Positions 45,186 to 55,379 are shown, numbered from the stretch's first letter. The stretch is DNA of 64,000 nt from an uncultured virus (IMG/VR IMGVR_UViG_3300037470_000488) (IMGVR_UViG_3300037470_000488); one strand, 5' to 3'. Translations and numbers: made by a program. Notes: generated by a model from the letters alone, not told the origin.

Positions 45186-46124
45186 GTGAGTACAGAGGCC
45201 ATGAAGTGGGCGGTGGAGTTCGCCCCACCCATGCCTGCCCAACTGGTCGCCACCCTGACCGGGCTGGCCTACCACGCGGACACCAAAGGGCGCGGCGCGT
45301 ACCCGTCGCTGGCCCGTCTCGCCGCATACACCTGCAAGTCCGAGCGATCCGTACGCCGTGATCTGCGGGATCTCGAAGAGCTCAAGCTGATTCGCCAGGG
45401 CGACCAGGACAAGGCCGGCCACATCACGGCCGACAAGCGCCCGACGGTCTACGACCTGGCGGTGGAGAACCGCGTTCCGAAGGGCCGCGCGGGCGACGAC
45501 GAGGGGACGCGGACGTCCGCCCGGACGCTGGCGTCCGCCCGTGCGCGGGGCGCTGAGGCACGCAGGGCAAAGAAGGCCAGCTCAGAGCGCGAATCAGACT
45601 CGGAGCGGGAGGACGTGGACGTCCGGGGGGACGTCGGCGTCCGCCCGGACGTGGACGTCACAGCGGGGGGACGTCCACGTCACAGCGGGGGGACGTGGAC
45701 GTCCGCCGAACCAAAAGATGAACCTCAAGACGAACAACTACCTAAAGACTCTTCTTCGCCTGCGGCTCAGGCAGACGAGCCAATCGAGCAGCCGCACCTC
45801 GAAGCCTTCGGTGCCTTCTGGTCCAACTACCCGAAGAAGAAGGCCCGCGAAGAAGCCCGCAAGGCGTGGATCGCCGCCATCAAACGCGGAGCCGACCCCC
45901 AGCACATGGTCGAACGATCCCAGGCCTACGCCTACGAGCGTCGCGGCCAGGACCCCAAGTACACGAAGTACCCGGCGACCTGGCTCAACAAGGGCTGCTA
46001 CGACGACGAACCCGACCCCCAGCCGGCCCCCGGCAGCAGGCCCAAGCTGCGCGCCGTCGGCGACTGGGAGCCCTGGCGGAACCCCACCAACCAAGACGAC
46101 TACGACCAGCCCTTCTTCGACTAG
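45186..46124 (+). CDS. Replication initiator (N-terminal wHTH)
   Basis: LAYHAD..AYPSLARLA..SERSVRRDLRDLE; FWSNYPKK..ARKAW..YPATWLN. Confidence 0.8.
   Translation: MSTEAMKWAVEFAPPMPAQLVATLTGLAYHADTKGRGAYPSLARLAAYTCKSERSVRRDLRDLEELKLIRQGDQDKAGHITADKRPTVYDLAVENRVPKGRAGDDEGTRTSARTLASARARGAEARRAKKASSERESDSEREDVDVRGDVGVRPDVDVTAGGRPRHSGGTWTSAEPKDEPQDEQLPKDSSSPAAQADEPIEQPHLEAFGAFWSNYPKKKAREEARKAWIAAIKRGADPQHMVERSQAYAYERRGQDPKYTKYPATWLNKGCYDDEPDPQPAPGSRPKLRAVGDWEPWRNPTNQDDYDQPFFD
45606..45707 (+). repeat. Iteron-like repeats within initiator gene (putative origin)
   Basis: Clustered GGACGT(G/C), including two CACAGCGGGGGGACGT copies. Confidence 0.6.
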
Positions 46125-46132
46125 GACCCGCC

Positions 46133-46819
46133 ATGAACGAGAAGCCCATCGACCTCACCAACTGGCTGCCCATCCTCGAAGCCCACAACATCGACCCCGA
46201 ACTCATCAACAGCGACCCCGCCACCTGGGTCGGTGAACCCGGCTTCCACACCCGCCGCGGCATCCTCACCGCCGAAGCCAGCGTCCCCTTCATCTACCGC
46301 ACCGCACTCCCCACCCTCCCCGACGTCCGCGCATGGGCAGACAGCTACCTGACCGCCAACCAGGACATGAACAGCAAGAGCACACCCCACCACCGCTCGC
46401 TGCTCCTCCTCGGCTCCACCGGCGTCGGCAAAACCCACCAGGCCTACGGCGTCCTGCGCTACCTGTCCGCCGCAGACATCCACACCGCGTGGAAGACGAC
46501 CAGCGCCGCAGACATGTACGCCTCCCTCCGGCCCCGGCACGGCGTCGACTCGGAAACCGAGTTCCGCAAGTACGCGCACACCCAACTGCTGATGATCGAC
46601 GACCTTGGCGCAGCCAAACCGTCCGAATGGACCGAAGAGATCAACTTCCGGCTCGTCAACCACCGCTACGAAAACCGGCTCCCCACGATCATCACCTCGA
46701 ACGTCCTCCCCAAGGAACTCACCGAACGCGTCGGCGAACGCGTCGCCTCCCGCCTCGTCGGCATGTCCGACCGCGTCGTCCTCCGCGGCACCGACCGCCG
46801 AAACGAGGAAGCCGCATGA
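46133..46819 (+). CDS. DnaC/IstB-like AAA+ helicase loader
   Basis: GSTGVGKT, LMIDDLGA, RYENRLPTIITSN, RVASRL..GTDRR. Confidence 0.88.
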   Translation: MNEKPIDLTNWLPILEAHNIDPELINSDPATWVGEPGFHTRRGILTAEASVPFIYRTALPTLPDVRAWADSYLTANQDMNSKSTPHHRSLLLLGSTGVGKTHQAYGVLRYLSAADIHTAWKTTSAADMYASLRPRHGVDSETEFRKYAHTQLLMIDDLGAAKPSEWTEEINFRLVNHRYENRLPTIITSNVLPKELTERVGERVASRLVGMSDRVVLRGTDRRNEEAA

Positions 46820-47154
46820 ACCTCTCCGAAGCCGACGTCCGCGACCTCCGCCAACAAGGCGACCTGATCACCCTCATCAAGCAAGCCCGCGCCGCCGGCG
46901 CAGCCGAGAACGCACGCCGCCGCGCCCTCGTCCTCAAACACCGCGACCTCGCCGCCCAACTCTGCGAACCACCCCTGCAACACACCCTCCCCGAGCACTG
47001 GACCGGCTACATCCCGCCCGCCCACGACGCACCCGGAGTCGGCGGCGACCTCCCCCTCAACACCAGCCCCGCCCGCGCCGCCCTCGTTGCGCTCCTCGCC
47101 GAAGCCGAACGACGAGCCGCCACCCCGTCCGCGCTCGAACAGCGCACCGCCTGA
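46816..47154 (+). CDS. Hypothetical protein
   Basis: ATGA overlap. Confidence 0.55.
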   Translation: MNLSEADVRDLRQQGDLITLIKQARAAGAAENARRRALVLKHRDLAAQLCEPPLQHTLPEHWTGYIPPAHDAPGVGGDLPLNTSPARAALVALLAEAERRAATPSALEQRTA

Positions 47155-47257
47155 CCGCCGGCACCCGCTGCACCAGCCCCCGCGGCCGACGACTCGCCAT
47201 CGACACCCACGACGCACGCACCACCGCATGGAACCGACGACCCCAGGAGACCAAGCC

Positions 47258-47485
47258 GTGAGCGCCCGGATCACCCTCCACTGCGACACCCAATGGCAAT
47301 ACGGCGGATGCCCCCGCCAACTCCTCACCGACGCCGACACCGTCGCCGAAGCCCGCACCGCAGCCCGCGCCCAGGGCTGGGTCACCCACTCCAACGGCCG
47401 CGACATGTGCGCCGCCTGCTCCGGCCGCGGACCCCAGCCTGCTGGCGCCGTGGTCGCCGTGCTCCACCCGGAGCGCACCCCGTGA
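47258..47485 (+). CDS. Small Zn-finger-like protein
   Basis: AGGAG RBS; HCD..C, GW..DMCAAC. Confidence 0.55.
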   Translation: MSARITLHCDTQWQYGGCPRQLLTDADTVAEARTAARAQGWVTHSNGRDMCAACSGRGPQPAGAVVAVLHPERTP

Positions 47486-47688
47486 CGCCGTACGAACGCC
47501 TTATGCAGGAGGCCATCCCCACCCGACCCCCAGCCAAGCCCGCCCACGAGCCCTGGACGCCCGAAGAACAAGCCCAACACCGCGCCGACCTCAACGCCGC
47601 CATAGCCGACTGGCACTGGCACGACGACACCAGCGTCGGCCAACGACGCCGCCACCTCCGACTCATCCGCCAGCAAAACGCCGCCTGA
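47482..47688 (+). CDS. Hypothetical protein
   Basis: GTGA overlap; YERLMQEAIPT. Confidence 0.5.
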   Translation: MTPYERLMQEAIPTRPPAKPAHEPWTPEEQAQHRADLNAAIADWHWHDDTSVGQRRRHLRLIRQQNAA

Positions 47689-47712
47689 CCCCGCGACCCG
47701 AAAGGCCACACC

Positions 47713-48081
47713 GTGACCAGCCCCCGCCACCTCTGGGAAGTGGATCACCCCTACTACTGCCAGGAGGGCAACTACTTCAAAGCCGGGCAGCACACGCCGT
47801 TCTCCTCCTGGGCGAACTTCACCGAGAACACCGTCTTCGTCACAGCCGACCGCGATCAGAACTTCCTGATCCGCTGGGACTGGCGCAAGCCCGGCTTCCA
47901 CGACTGGAACGGCGAGGAGTACCTGCTGCTGTTCTTCGTGCTCCAGCGCAAGGCGTGGCTCTGCTCCGTCGAAATGCCCGTCACCGAGGCCGACGAGCCC
48001 GCCATCCGCGCCTTCCTGGACGACTGCGCCGCCACGATGCGTGCCACCTGGGAACCGCTCCTCGCCAACACCCCCGCCTGA
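47713..48081 (+). CDS. Hypothetical protein
   Basis: HLWEVDHPYYC, RWDW, LQRK. Confidence 0.65.
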   Translation: MTSPRHLWEVDHPYYCQEGNYFKAGQHTPFSSWANFTENTVFVTADRDQNFLIRWDWRKPGFHDWNGEEYLLLFFVLQRKAWLCSVEMPVTEADEPAIRAFLDDCAATMRATWEPLLANTPA

Positions 48082-48111
48082 CCGCCGTCCACCCACCACA
48101 CCGGAGACGCC

Positions 48112-48381
48112 ATGACCCAGCCCACCGCCCAGCAGCTCGACGAAATCCAGGCCCGCGCCGCCCACCTCACCGAGTACGCCACCCTGACCGACCAGCCTCT
48201 CCAAGCCGACGCCGACCAACTGACCGGAGAGGACGTGCCCGCCCTCGTCGCCGAAGTCCGCCGCCTCACCGACCGCGTCACCGAGCTGGAAAACGACTCG
48301 GCCATGCTCTCCGCCCTCTACGCCGCCGGAGTCGACAGCTGGGACGGCTACGACGAAGCCCGCGACCGGCTACACGCCTGA
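48112..48381 (+). CDS. Hypothetical protein
   Basis: GGAG RBS; AGVDSWDGY. Confidence 0.6.
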   Translation: MTQPTAQQLDEIQARAAHLTEYATLTDQPLQADADQLTGEDVPALVAEVRRLTDRVTELENDSAMLSALYAAGVDSWDGYDEARDRLHA

Positions 48382-48480
48382 CCCGCCCGTGATCACTACC
48401 GCGAACCCGCCGACACTCGGACGCCCATCACAACACGCACCGTCTCGTCAGGCGGACGCCACACACAGCTTGGAGACGAC

Positions 48481-48786
48481 ATGACCGACATCCAGAACCC
48501 CACCGCCTGGTCCGACTACGACTTCCTGGAGTTCGAAGCCTTCGTCTCCAAGGTCGAAAACGAGGGCTTCACCTACGCCGCCGAGGAGTACACCCCCGAG
48601 TTCGAGAGCCCGGAACTCCAGGCCATCGCCGACGACCTCGGGGCGCTGCGCAGGCTCTACCTGGAGCACGAGGCCAAGGTCGACGACTGGTACACGCAGG
48701 TCGGCGGTGAGCGCGCCTGCGACCTCCACAACGCCCACGTTGACGAGGCCCGCCAGCGCCGCAGGGCCGCCCGCCTCGCGCCGTGA
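48481..48786 (+). CDS. Hypothetical acidic protein
   Basis: GGAG RBS. Confidence 0.6.
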   Translation: MTDIQNPTAWSDYDFLEFEAFVSKVENEGFTYAAEEYTPEFESPELQAIADDLGALRRLYLEHEAKVDDWYTQVGGERACDLHNAHVDEARQRRRAARLAP

Positions 48787-48892
48787 CCGCAGAAGGCCGC
48801 CCGGAGTCGAGTTCCGGGCGGCCGGCCCCACCATCCCACGCCCACCCCCCTGCCGGCCGTCTCGTGCGGCCGGCCCTACCCCTGGAGACCCG

Positions 48893-50131
48893 ATGACCGA
48901 CCAGACCCAGCACACCCCCGCCGAAGCCGTGCAGTACTGGTACGACGCCGCCGCCGAGCGGCGTGAGGAGCGAGACCGACTGCGTGCCGTCGTCGCGCGG
49001 ATCCGGCAGATGGCCGACTACTGGGAGCAGCAGCTCCCGGAGGTGATCCGGACTCCGGCTGTCGTGTCCGCGCTCCGTGCCGCGATGGAGCCTGCCGTGT
49101 CGTCTGTCGGGCAGGCGCCCACCACCAAGCAGCCCACCCTGCCGGCCGCCGCTCAGCCTCCGCTCCTCGCAGCCGCCTTCGCCCTGGAAATGGACCGGAA
49201 AGAATCCGTCGGGGAGGGCACCAACTACCGGCGGGGCATGGCGCGCGCCATCAAGCTGCTGCGCCTGCTGAACGAGGAGGCGCCCACCGCGCCTGCCGGG
49301 CAGGCGCCCGCCCCCGACCGCGTCAAGGCTGTCGCCGAGGCGCTGGAGTTCGGCTCGGTCTGCTGCCCGCTGTGCCGGGGCACAGTTGTCCTGCACACCC
49401 CGAACGGAGCGCGCGCCCACTTCACCGCCGTCCACCCCGACCAGCGCATCACCGGCCGAGGCCCTGGCCCGTGGCCGCTGTTGGTGGCCAGCGAAGACGA
49501 GGCGCTGCCTGCACTCACCGACCCGACGGCCGTGGATGTCGTCCGCGCGCTGCACCAGCCAGACGACCTGGGCGAGTGCCGTGAATGCCGCGCCTCCTCG
49601 CCCTGCCCGACGCTCCGCACGCTGGACGGCAGCGCCACTGCCGTCGTGTCGGGCCGGACAGCCGACGAGACGGGGGACGATCTGCCCGCCGTCTCGTCGG
49701 CCGGGCAGGCGCCCACCCCCGACCGGACGGCCGTCCTGTCCGACGCCGAGCGGCAGATGCTGAACTACGCCCTCAACCAGGCCCAGGTACGGATGTGGTC
49801 GGTGGGCGGCTTCACCGACGAGGACCAGGCCGCCGTCGTTTCGCTGCGCCGCCTGGCCGACGAGCCTGCTGCCGTCGTGTCGGGCCGGGCGGACGACGAG
49901 ACGCGACCCCGCTGCCCGGACTGCCAGATGCCGCACGACCTCACGCCCGGCAGCCTGCCCGTGACCGCATGCCAGAACATCCGCAGCCGCATCGCCGAGG
50001 CTGAACGACTCCACGCCGAGGACGATCACAGCCTCTGCTGCCGGGCCGACTGCGACGTGATCCGCCAGCGCTACGCCGACGCGCCTGCCGTTGGCGGGGC
50101 GCAGCCGCCGAAGGAGACCGGTCGTGGCTGA
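48893..50131 (+). CDS. Mosaic hypothetical protein with repeated linkers
   Basis: GGAG RBS; repeated GQAP and AVVSGR linkers, several CxxC. Confidence 0.6.
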   Translation: MTDQTQHTPAEAVQYWYDAAAERREERDRLRAVVARIRQMADYWEQQLPEVIRTPAVVSALRAAMEPAVSSVGQAPTTKQPTLPAAAQPPLLAAAFALEMDRKESVGEGTNYRRGMARAIKLLRLLNEEAPTAPAGQAPAPDRVKAVAEALEFGSVCCPLCRGTVVLHTPNGARAHFTAVHPDQRITGRGPGPWPLLVASEDEALPALTDPTAVDVVRALHQPDDLGECRECRASSPCPTLRTLDGSATAVVSGRTADETGDDLPAVSSAGQAPTPDRTAVLSDAERQMLNYALNQAQVRMWSVGGFTDEDQAAVVSLRRLADEPAAVVSGRADDETRPRCPDCQMPHDLTPGSLPVTACQNIRSRIAEAERLHAEDDHSLCCRADCDVIRQRYADAPAVGGAQPPKETGRG

Positions 50132-50426
50132 GCCCTACGACATCTGCATCTGGTGCCCCGACCGACCGACGATCCCCAGCAGTCGGTTCGACGAGCACCT
50201 CGACCGCATGCACCCCGCCATCTCCAACCCCCGCAACTCCACGTCCTGCTGGGCGCGCGCCGAGGTCTGCACCCCCGACGGCATCATCCGCGAGGTCGCC
50301 TGCAGCCGAGGACGGCACCGGTGGGGGAAGCACCGCAACCGGCACGTCCGGTGGGCGTGCCCGCCTCGCTGCGGCTGCATCCGCCACGTCCGTACCGTGC
50401 AGCAGCCGACCGAGGCCCGGCCGTGA
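50124..50426 (+). CDS. Cys/His-rich hypothetical protein
   Basis: AAGGAG RBS. Confidence 0.45.
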   Translation: MAEPYDICIWCPDRPTIPSSRFDEHLDRMHPAISNPRNSTSCWARAEVCTPDGIIREVACSRGRHRWGKHRNRHVRWACPPRCGCIRHVRTVQQPTEARP

Positions 50427-50677
50427 CGGAGGCGTGGGAGGTCGGTGACCTCGTCATCACGGCGCTCATCCTGTGGCTGATCGCGGGCGCGCTCCTCGCG
50501 GGGCTGCTGTGTGCGGCTGTCGGGAGCGGGGTGGTGTGGGCGTGGAGGCGGATCCGCGCTCGGGCCGGAGGAGGGGCGAGAAGGGGCCTGAGGGGGCCTA
50601 GAGGCGCCTCAATCCCCGCATTGCGACTCTCGCGTCGCCGGAGGTGCGCTCAGGACCGCAGCGGGGCGCCTGCGGCT

Positions 50678-50884
50678 TCAGTCCGCCTGCGGCTTCCGGC
50701 GGCTGCGCGCTGGGTGTTTGGCGCGCCACTCGTCCACGGGCGCCTCGGGCCAGAGGGAGGCGCGGCCGACCTTGACCGGCTTGGGGAAGTCGGCAACCCG
50801 ATTGACCAGGTTGTAGACGCTCTGCCGGGCGATGCCGAGACGTGCTGCGACCTGGTCAGACGTGAGGTAGCCGGGGATCTGCAT
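50678..50884 (-). CDS. AlpA/excisionase-like HTH protein
   Basis: YLTSDQVAARLGIARQSVYNLV..FPKPVKVGRASLW. Confidence 0.75.
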   Translation of the reverse strand: MQIPGYLTSDQVAARLGIARQSVYNLVNRVADFPKPVKVGRASLWPEAPVDEWRAKHPARSRRKPQAD

Positions 50885-50968
50885 GTTTCCACAGTAGCGG
50901 CTTTGAGTAGTCCGTCTACTGGTAGGGTTGGAGTAGTTCAACTACTCCAATCTGGAGGTTCGGAGAGA

Positions 50969-51520
50969 GTGCCAGCAAGGACGATTTGCAACAGGGACGG
51001 CTGCGTCAGCCTCGTCAAGCGAGACAGGAATGGTCGCGGGATGGGTTACTGCGACGTTCACTTTCGGCTCATGCCGACGACGGTCAAGCCGAAGCGCGAC
51101 ACGAGCATTTGCAAAGTCGATGAATGCGGCCTGCCCGTCAAAAGAAACCGCAAGGGCGGTGGTATGGGACTTTGCCAAGATCACTGGGACACCAGCGGTG
51201 CTCGCCGCCGACGCCTCGAAAGCCGGTACTACAACTCGCAGGGCTACGTCATCCTCAAGCTGGAGGACGGCCGGTCACTCGGCGAACACCGATACGTCAT
51301 GGAGCAGCACCTCGGCCGCCACCTCCTCCCCGGCGAGACCGTGCACCACATCAACGGCGTCCGCGACGACAACCGCCTGAAGAACCTGGAGCTCTGGTAC
51401 TCGCCGCAGCCCTACGGCCAGCGCGTTGAAGACCTCCTCCGCTACGCCGTGACCACACACCGCGCGGTGCTGGAAGCCCTGCTGAAGGAATCTGTTACCG
51501 ATGCGGAGCCAGCCGCGTAA
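50969..51520 (+). CDS. HNH endonuclease
   Basis: EHRYVMEQHLGR..ETVHHINGVRDDNRLKNLEL; two N-terminal Cys/His modules. Confidence 0.85.
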   Translation: MPARTICNRDGCVSLVKRDRNGRGMGYCDVHFRLMPTTVKPKRDTSICKVDECGLPVKRNRKGGGMGLCQDHWDTSGARRRRLESRYYNSQGYVILKLEDGRSLGEHRYVMEQHLGRHLLPGETVHHINGVRDDNRLKNLELWYSPQPYGQRVEDLLRYAVTTHRAVLEALLKESVTDAEPAA

Positions 51521-51651
51521 AGCCGAAGGGGCGCCCCCGCTGCAATCGGGGGCGCCCCGCCCGCATCAAACCACGGGCTCGCACCACCCGAGCCCCGAAC
51601 CCGACACCACAAGCCGCCACACGGCCACACAGACCCCGAGAAGAGGCCCCA

Positions 51652-51921
51652 ATGACCACGAACCTCGAAGCCCTCTACACAGCACCCGCCGCCAACATCG
51701 GCCCCACCAGCCCACGCGCCGAACTCCAGGCCGCCGCCGAAACCCTGCGCCGACGCGACGGCTGGCTGAACAGCGAACTCTTCCTCTGGCTCGCCGACAC
51801 CGCCATCCTCCACGGCCCCGACGAGACCGGCCGCCACTGCCACCGCGACGGCGACACCTGGCCCTGCGACGACGTCCACGCCGCACAGAAAGTCGCCTTC
51901 GCCGTCAGCTACACCGCCTGA
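51652..51921 (+). CDS. Hypothetical protein
   Basis: RBS; WPC motif. Confidence 0.55.
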   Translation: MTTNLEALYTAPAANIGPTSPRAELQAAAETLRRRDGWLNSELFLWLADTAILHGPDETGRHCHRDGDTWPCDDVHAAQKVAFAVSYTA

Positions 51922-51975
51922 CCGTGCCCGCCGGCCGCCCCCACCCCGGGGCGGCCACCACCCGAAAGGCCACCC

Positions 51976-52236
51976 GTGACCCTCGCTGAACTCCGCGCCC
52001 AACTCGCCGCCCTCAACCTCCCCGACGACACCCTCGTAGTCCTCGCCAAGGACGCCGAAGGCAACCGCTACTCGCCGCTCGTCCAAGCCGAGCACGCCAT
52101 GTACGCGGCCGAGACCACCTGGAGGGGCGAGCACTACCTCACCGAGGATCAGCGCCAGGCCGAGACCGACCCCGACGACCACAGCGAAGCCCCGGACGAC
52201 GCCGTCCTCGCAGTCTTCCTCTGGCCCACCAACTGA
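51976..52236 (+). CDS. Hypothetical protein
   Basis: KDAEGNRYSPL..LWPTN. Confidence 0.6.
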   Translation: MTLAELRAQLAALNLPDDTLVVLAKDAEGNRYSPLVQAEHAMYAAETTWRGEHYLTEDQRQAETDPDDHSEAPDDAVLAVFLWPTN

Positions 52237-52349
52237 CGGCTCCCCCACCCCATGACCCTCGCCACCGCGCTCGGCCTCGCATGCCCCGGCATCAGCCTTC
52301 TCGCCGCACTCGCACTCGCCATCCACGCCAACCGCAACCGGAGGAAGAA

Positions 52350-52712
52350 ATGACCGACCAGCCCTGCCCCTTCTGCGAGATCGTCGCCGGACGCGCACCC
52401 GCCACGTTCGTGCACGAGTGGTCCGACACGATCGCGATCGTCCCGCTGAACCCTGTGGTCGAGGGGCACATTCTCGTGATCCCCAAGCGGCACGTCCGCG
52501 ACTTTGCGAGCGACCCGGCCGTCTCCGCGGACACGATGCGGCGCGCCGCTCAACTCGCCCAGGGCCCACAGCCCATGAACCTGATCACCAGCCGAGGCCG
52601 AGAAGCCACGCAGTCCGTCTGGCACCTCCATCTCCACCTGGTTCCGCGAGCGGCAGGCGACGGCCTCGCGCTGCCCTGGTACAGCGGAAACGCCAAGGCA
52701 GGCACCCCGTGA
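52350..52712 (+). CDS. HIT-family nucleotide hydrolase
   Basis: CPFCEI, GHILVIPKRH, QSVWHLHLHLVPR histidine triad. Confidence 0.9.
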   Translation: MTDQPCPFCEIVAGRAPATFVHEWSDTIAIVPLNPVVEGHILVIPKRHVRDFASDPAVSADTMRRAAQLAQGPQPMNLITSRGREATQSVWHLHLHLVPRAAGDGLALPWYSGNAKAGTP

Positions 52713-52896
52713 CCGCCGCCCTGCTCGCCGTCCTCGCCCTCCCCGCCGTCTGGCATATCGGCCGGCGCATCCGAGCCAGCCTCCGGCGCGCAGCCGTGAC
52801 CGTCGAACGCCTCGCCCGGCCCTTCCCCGACCCGCAGCCGATGCCCGACTGGGAACGCCTCGCCGAACAAGCCGCCATCGACACGCGTTCGACGAC

Positions 52897-53235
52897 ATGA
52901 TCAGCCACTGGAACGAGGAGACAGCCGTGACCGGCCGGCACACCGTCAACACGATCACCAGCAACGCACTCGACGCCCTATACGAGCAGCTGGAAGCAGC
53001 CGAAGCAGGAGAGGCGCAGCGGCAACTCGCCACCGCGCGGGAAGCCCTCGCCTCGGCCACGACACGCGCCGCACGCGCCGAGGCCGCTCTCGCCCGCGCC
53101 CGCGAGGAAGCAGCCTGGATCCGCCACAACTACCCCGCCCTCACCCACGCCAACGACCGTCTCACCACCGCCCTCGACCAGCCCCCGCCCGGCCCGGCAG
53201 CGACCCAAGCGACCGACGACCCGAAGGAGATCTGA
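52897..53235 (+). CDS. Hypothetical coiled-coil protein
   Basis: TVNTITSNALDALY; start may be GTG 52927. Confidence 0.55.
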   Translation: MISHWNEETAVTGRHTVNTITSNALDALYEQLEAAEAGEAQRQLATAREALASATTRAARAEAALARAREEAAWIRHNYPALTHANDRLTTALDQPPPGPAATQATDDPKEI

Positions 53236-53237
53236 CC

Positions 53238-53453
53238 ATGGGATGGGGCTCCGCCTACAGCCTGTTCAACACCGTCGCCGACGCCCTCCGCGAAGCCGGC
53301 GCCCCCGACGACATCAAGGAACGCGCCCTCACCAAAGTCATCGCCCGACTCCAGGAAGACGACTGGGACACCGAACTCGACAGCCTCCAGTCCTACCTCG
53401 ACGACCCTGCGATCGTCCGCGCCTTCGAAGCCAACGGCATCACCTGGGACTGA
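53238..53453 (+). CDS. Hypothetical protein
   Basis: AAGGAG RBS; MGWGS..DWDT. Confidence 0.6.
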   Translation: MGWGSAYSLFNTVADALREAGAPDDIKERALTKVIARLQEDDWDTELDSLQSYLDDPAIVRAFEANGITWD

Positions 53454-53551
53454 CCCGGCTTGACGCCCATGCCACCATGAGACCGCTGCCCGAGTCGCAC
53501 AAGCTGGCGCGGCCCGGGGACGCATGTGGTGCCGGTGATGCAACAGCGCAA

Positions 53552-53578
53552 AGGCCCCGACCGTGACGGTCGGGGCCT
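53552..53578. terminator. Hairpin between convergent transcription units
   Basis: AGGCCCCGACCGT-G-ACGGTCGGGGCCT. Confidence 0.6.
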
Positions 53579-53593
53579 CGCTGCATTCCGGGG

Positions 53594-54088
53594 TCAGGGC
53601 CGCCACGACTCCAGGTAGCCGGGCCGGTCCGCGTAGGGCAACGCGAGCAGGTGCAGTACCCCGTGCAGCGTGTCGCGCCTGTGGACGGCAGACTCTTGTT
53701 CAAGCTCCGTCATGAGCACATCTTGGCCTCTGGCGTGCAGCTGCTGGCGGACGGTGGCGAGTTCTTCAACCGCCTGAGCAGCGCCGACGTAGCGGTCGAG
53801 GACCTGCCGCTTGGCGTCGATCTCCCGCAGCACCCGCGCCGGATCATGCGCAGCAATGTGAGCTGCGTCAGCCCACACGTTGCGGGTCTCGTCCCACGAC
53901 TCCTGACTCATGGACGGCAGCCACGCCCTCAGATCGGTGTCGTTGCCTTCACCGGACAGGACGGTCGCGGTGTGCCCGTACTGGCCGAGGTGAGTGTCGT
54001 GATCGCGCCACGGCCCGGACGTCGCCGACCGCGCGATCCGCTCGTCCTCGTCGATCTGGGCGCGCAGCCACTGCGCAAGATCATCCAT
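53594..54088 (-). CDS. DUF6221-like protein
   Basis: MDDLAQWLRAQIDEDE, HIAAHDPARVLREIDAKR, LALPYADRPGY..WRP. Confidence 0.75.
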   Translation of the reverse strand: MDDLAQWLRAQIDEDERIARSATSGPWRDHDTHLGQYGHTATVLSGEGNDTDLRAWLPSMSQESWDETRNVWADAAHIAAHDPARVLREIDAKRQVLDRYVGAAQAVEELATVRQQLHARGQDVLMTELEQESAVHRRDTLHGVLHLLALPYADRPGYLESWRP

Positions 54089-54593
54089 GCTCCTCCTCCC
54101 GGTCCGCCCACGCCAGCAGCACCGCCGCCAGATCGCGGGCGTACTGCGTGTCATCCACGACACGAAGCCGGTTGAAGCGGATCGACTTCCCGCGCCCCTG
54201 GACGATCACGTAGGCGTCGCCGCCGTCCGGGTAGTCGGCGATGAGCATGCGGGCGTACTGCCCGGCTTCGGTGCTCTCCAGGAGCGCGGCGAGATCCTGC
54301 CGGGTGTACTTCAACGGCACCCGCCAGTCGGCGTCGTTGACGGACTCGTTCTCGTCTTGGGCGACGGCAGTCATGGGCTCTCCTTGCTCGGCTTCCGGGG
54401 TGAGGTCGGTCCGCTTGCCCTGCTGCTTCGGGTTGGCCTCGAACCAGGCAGCCACCTCGTCACTGCGGAAGCGCAACTTCGTCTTCTCCATGCCTTCCAC
54501 CGGAGCAGGCCGGGGGAAGGTGCCGCCGCGCCGATAGGTGTGCACGGACGACCGACTGACGTCGTACTTCAGTGCGATCTCGCTGATGGACAT
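54081..54593 (-). CDS. AlpA-like HTH protein with C-terminal extension (candidate tra regulator)
   Basis: MSISEIALKYDVSRSSVHTYRRGGTFPRP; start uncertain. Confidence 0.6.
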   Translation of the reverse strand: MSISEIALKYDVSRSSVHTYRRGGTFPRPAPVEGMEKTKLRFRSDEVAAWFEANPKQQGKRTDLTPEAEQGEPMTAVAQDENESVNDADWRVPLKYTRQDLAALLESTEAGQYARMLIADYPDGGDAYVIVQGRGKSIRFNRLRVVDDTQYARDLAAVLLAWADREEEHG

Positions 54594-54647
54594 CAATCGT
54601 GGACTCCCCTCGCTCTCAGGGTTTTTGGGCACGGCAACATCCTCCCT

Positions 54648-54682
54648 GACTTCTTGACACTTGTCCAGAAGTCGGCCACTGT
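54648..54682 (+). promoter_or_regulatory. Promoter/operator of the transfer operon
   Basis: TTGACA-17-CACTGT overlapped by the inverted repeat GACTTCTTGACA-CT-TGTCCAGAAGTC. Confidence 0.55.
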
Positions 54683-55184
54683 GGAACAGCACCAACAGAA
54701 CGGCCCGGCGTGAGTTCGCACCTCACGCCGGGCCAGCCACCCTGATCTCACCAGGAGTGACCGTGCCGCAGTCTACGAGCACCACCCCGCAACAACCCAC
54801 CCCCACGCACGAGCGTGCCGGGCATGACCTCCCGCAACGCCACCCCGTCCCCACCCGCAGGACTCCCTCCCGCGCCGTGCGCCCGGCGGCTCCCTGTGAG
54901 TGACATCGACGCCGACATCGACGCCGCCTGGGCCCTCACCCAGCAACGCATCGCCGCAGCCACAGCCGCCGCCGAGGCCGCCGCCCAGGCCGCACGCGCC
55001 GCCGCCGAACAGGCGGCCACCCGATGACCTGCTGCGGCAAACCCATGCAAAAAGACGGCAACCAGTACGTCTGCCGCAAATGCGGCGCCTGGACCGACCC
55101 CGGCACCAACAACCCGACCACCCACCACTTCACCAACACCGAACAGAACTGACCAGCCACCCCAGACCCAGCCGAGGACACCCA

Positions 55185-55379
55185 ATGTTCGGACGCAAAA
55201 ACAGCGACAAGGCACCCACCGGCCGCGAGGCCGTAGCCCGCCGACTCCAGCAGGCCGGCCTCACCGTGGCCGGCGAACACGGAAGCCGGGCCGCCAACCG
55301 TGTCTCGCAGGTACTCGGCTGCGGACGCATCGAACTGTGCGACAACCCCACCTGCCAGAACTGCACACCCACCAGCTGA
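55185..55379 (+). CDS. Small hypothetical protein (plasmid/AICE-type)
   Basis: GAGGA RBS; MFGRK start, Cys-rich end. Confidence 0.5.
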   Translation: MFGRKNSDKAPTGREAVARRLQQAGLTVAGEHGSRAANRVSQVLGCGRIELCDNPTCQNCTPTS

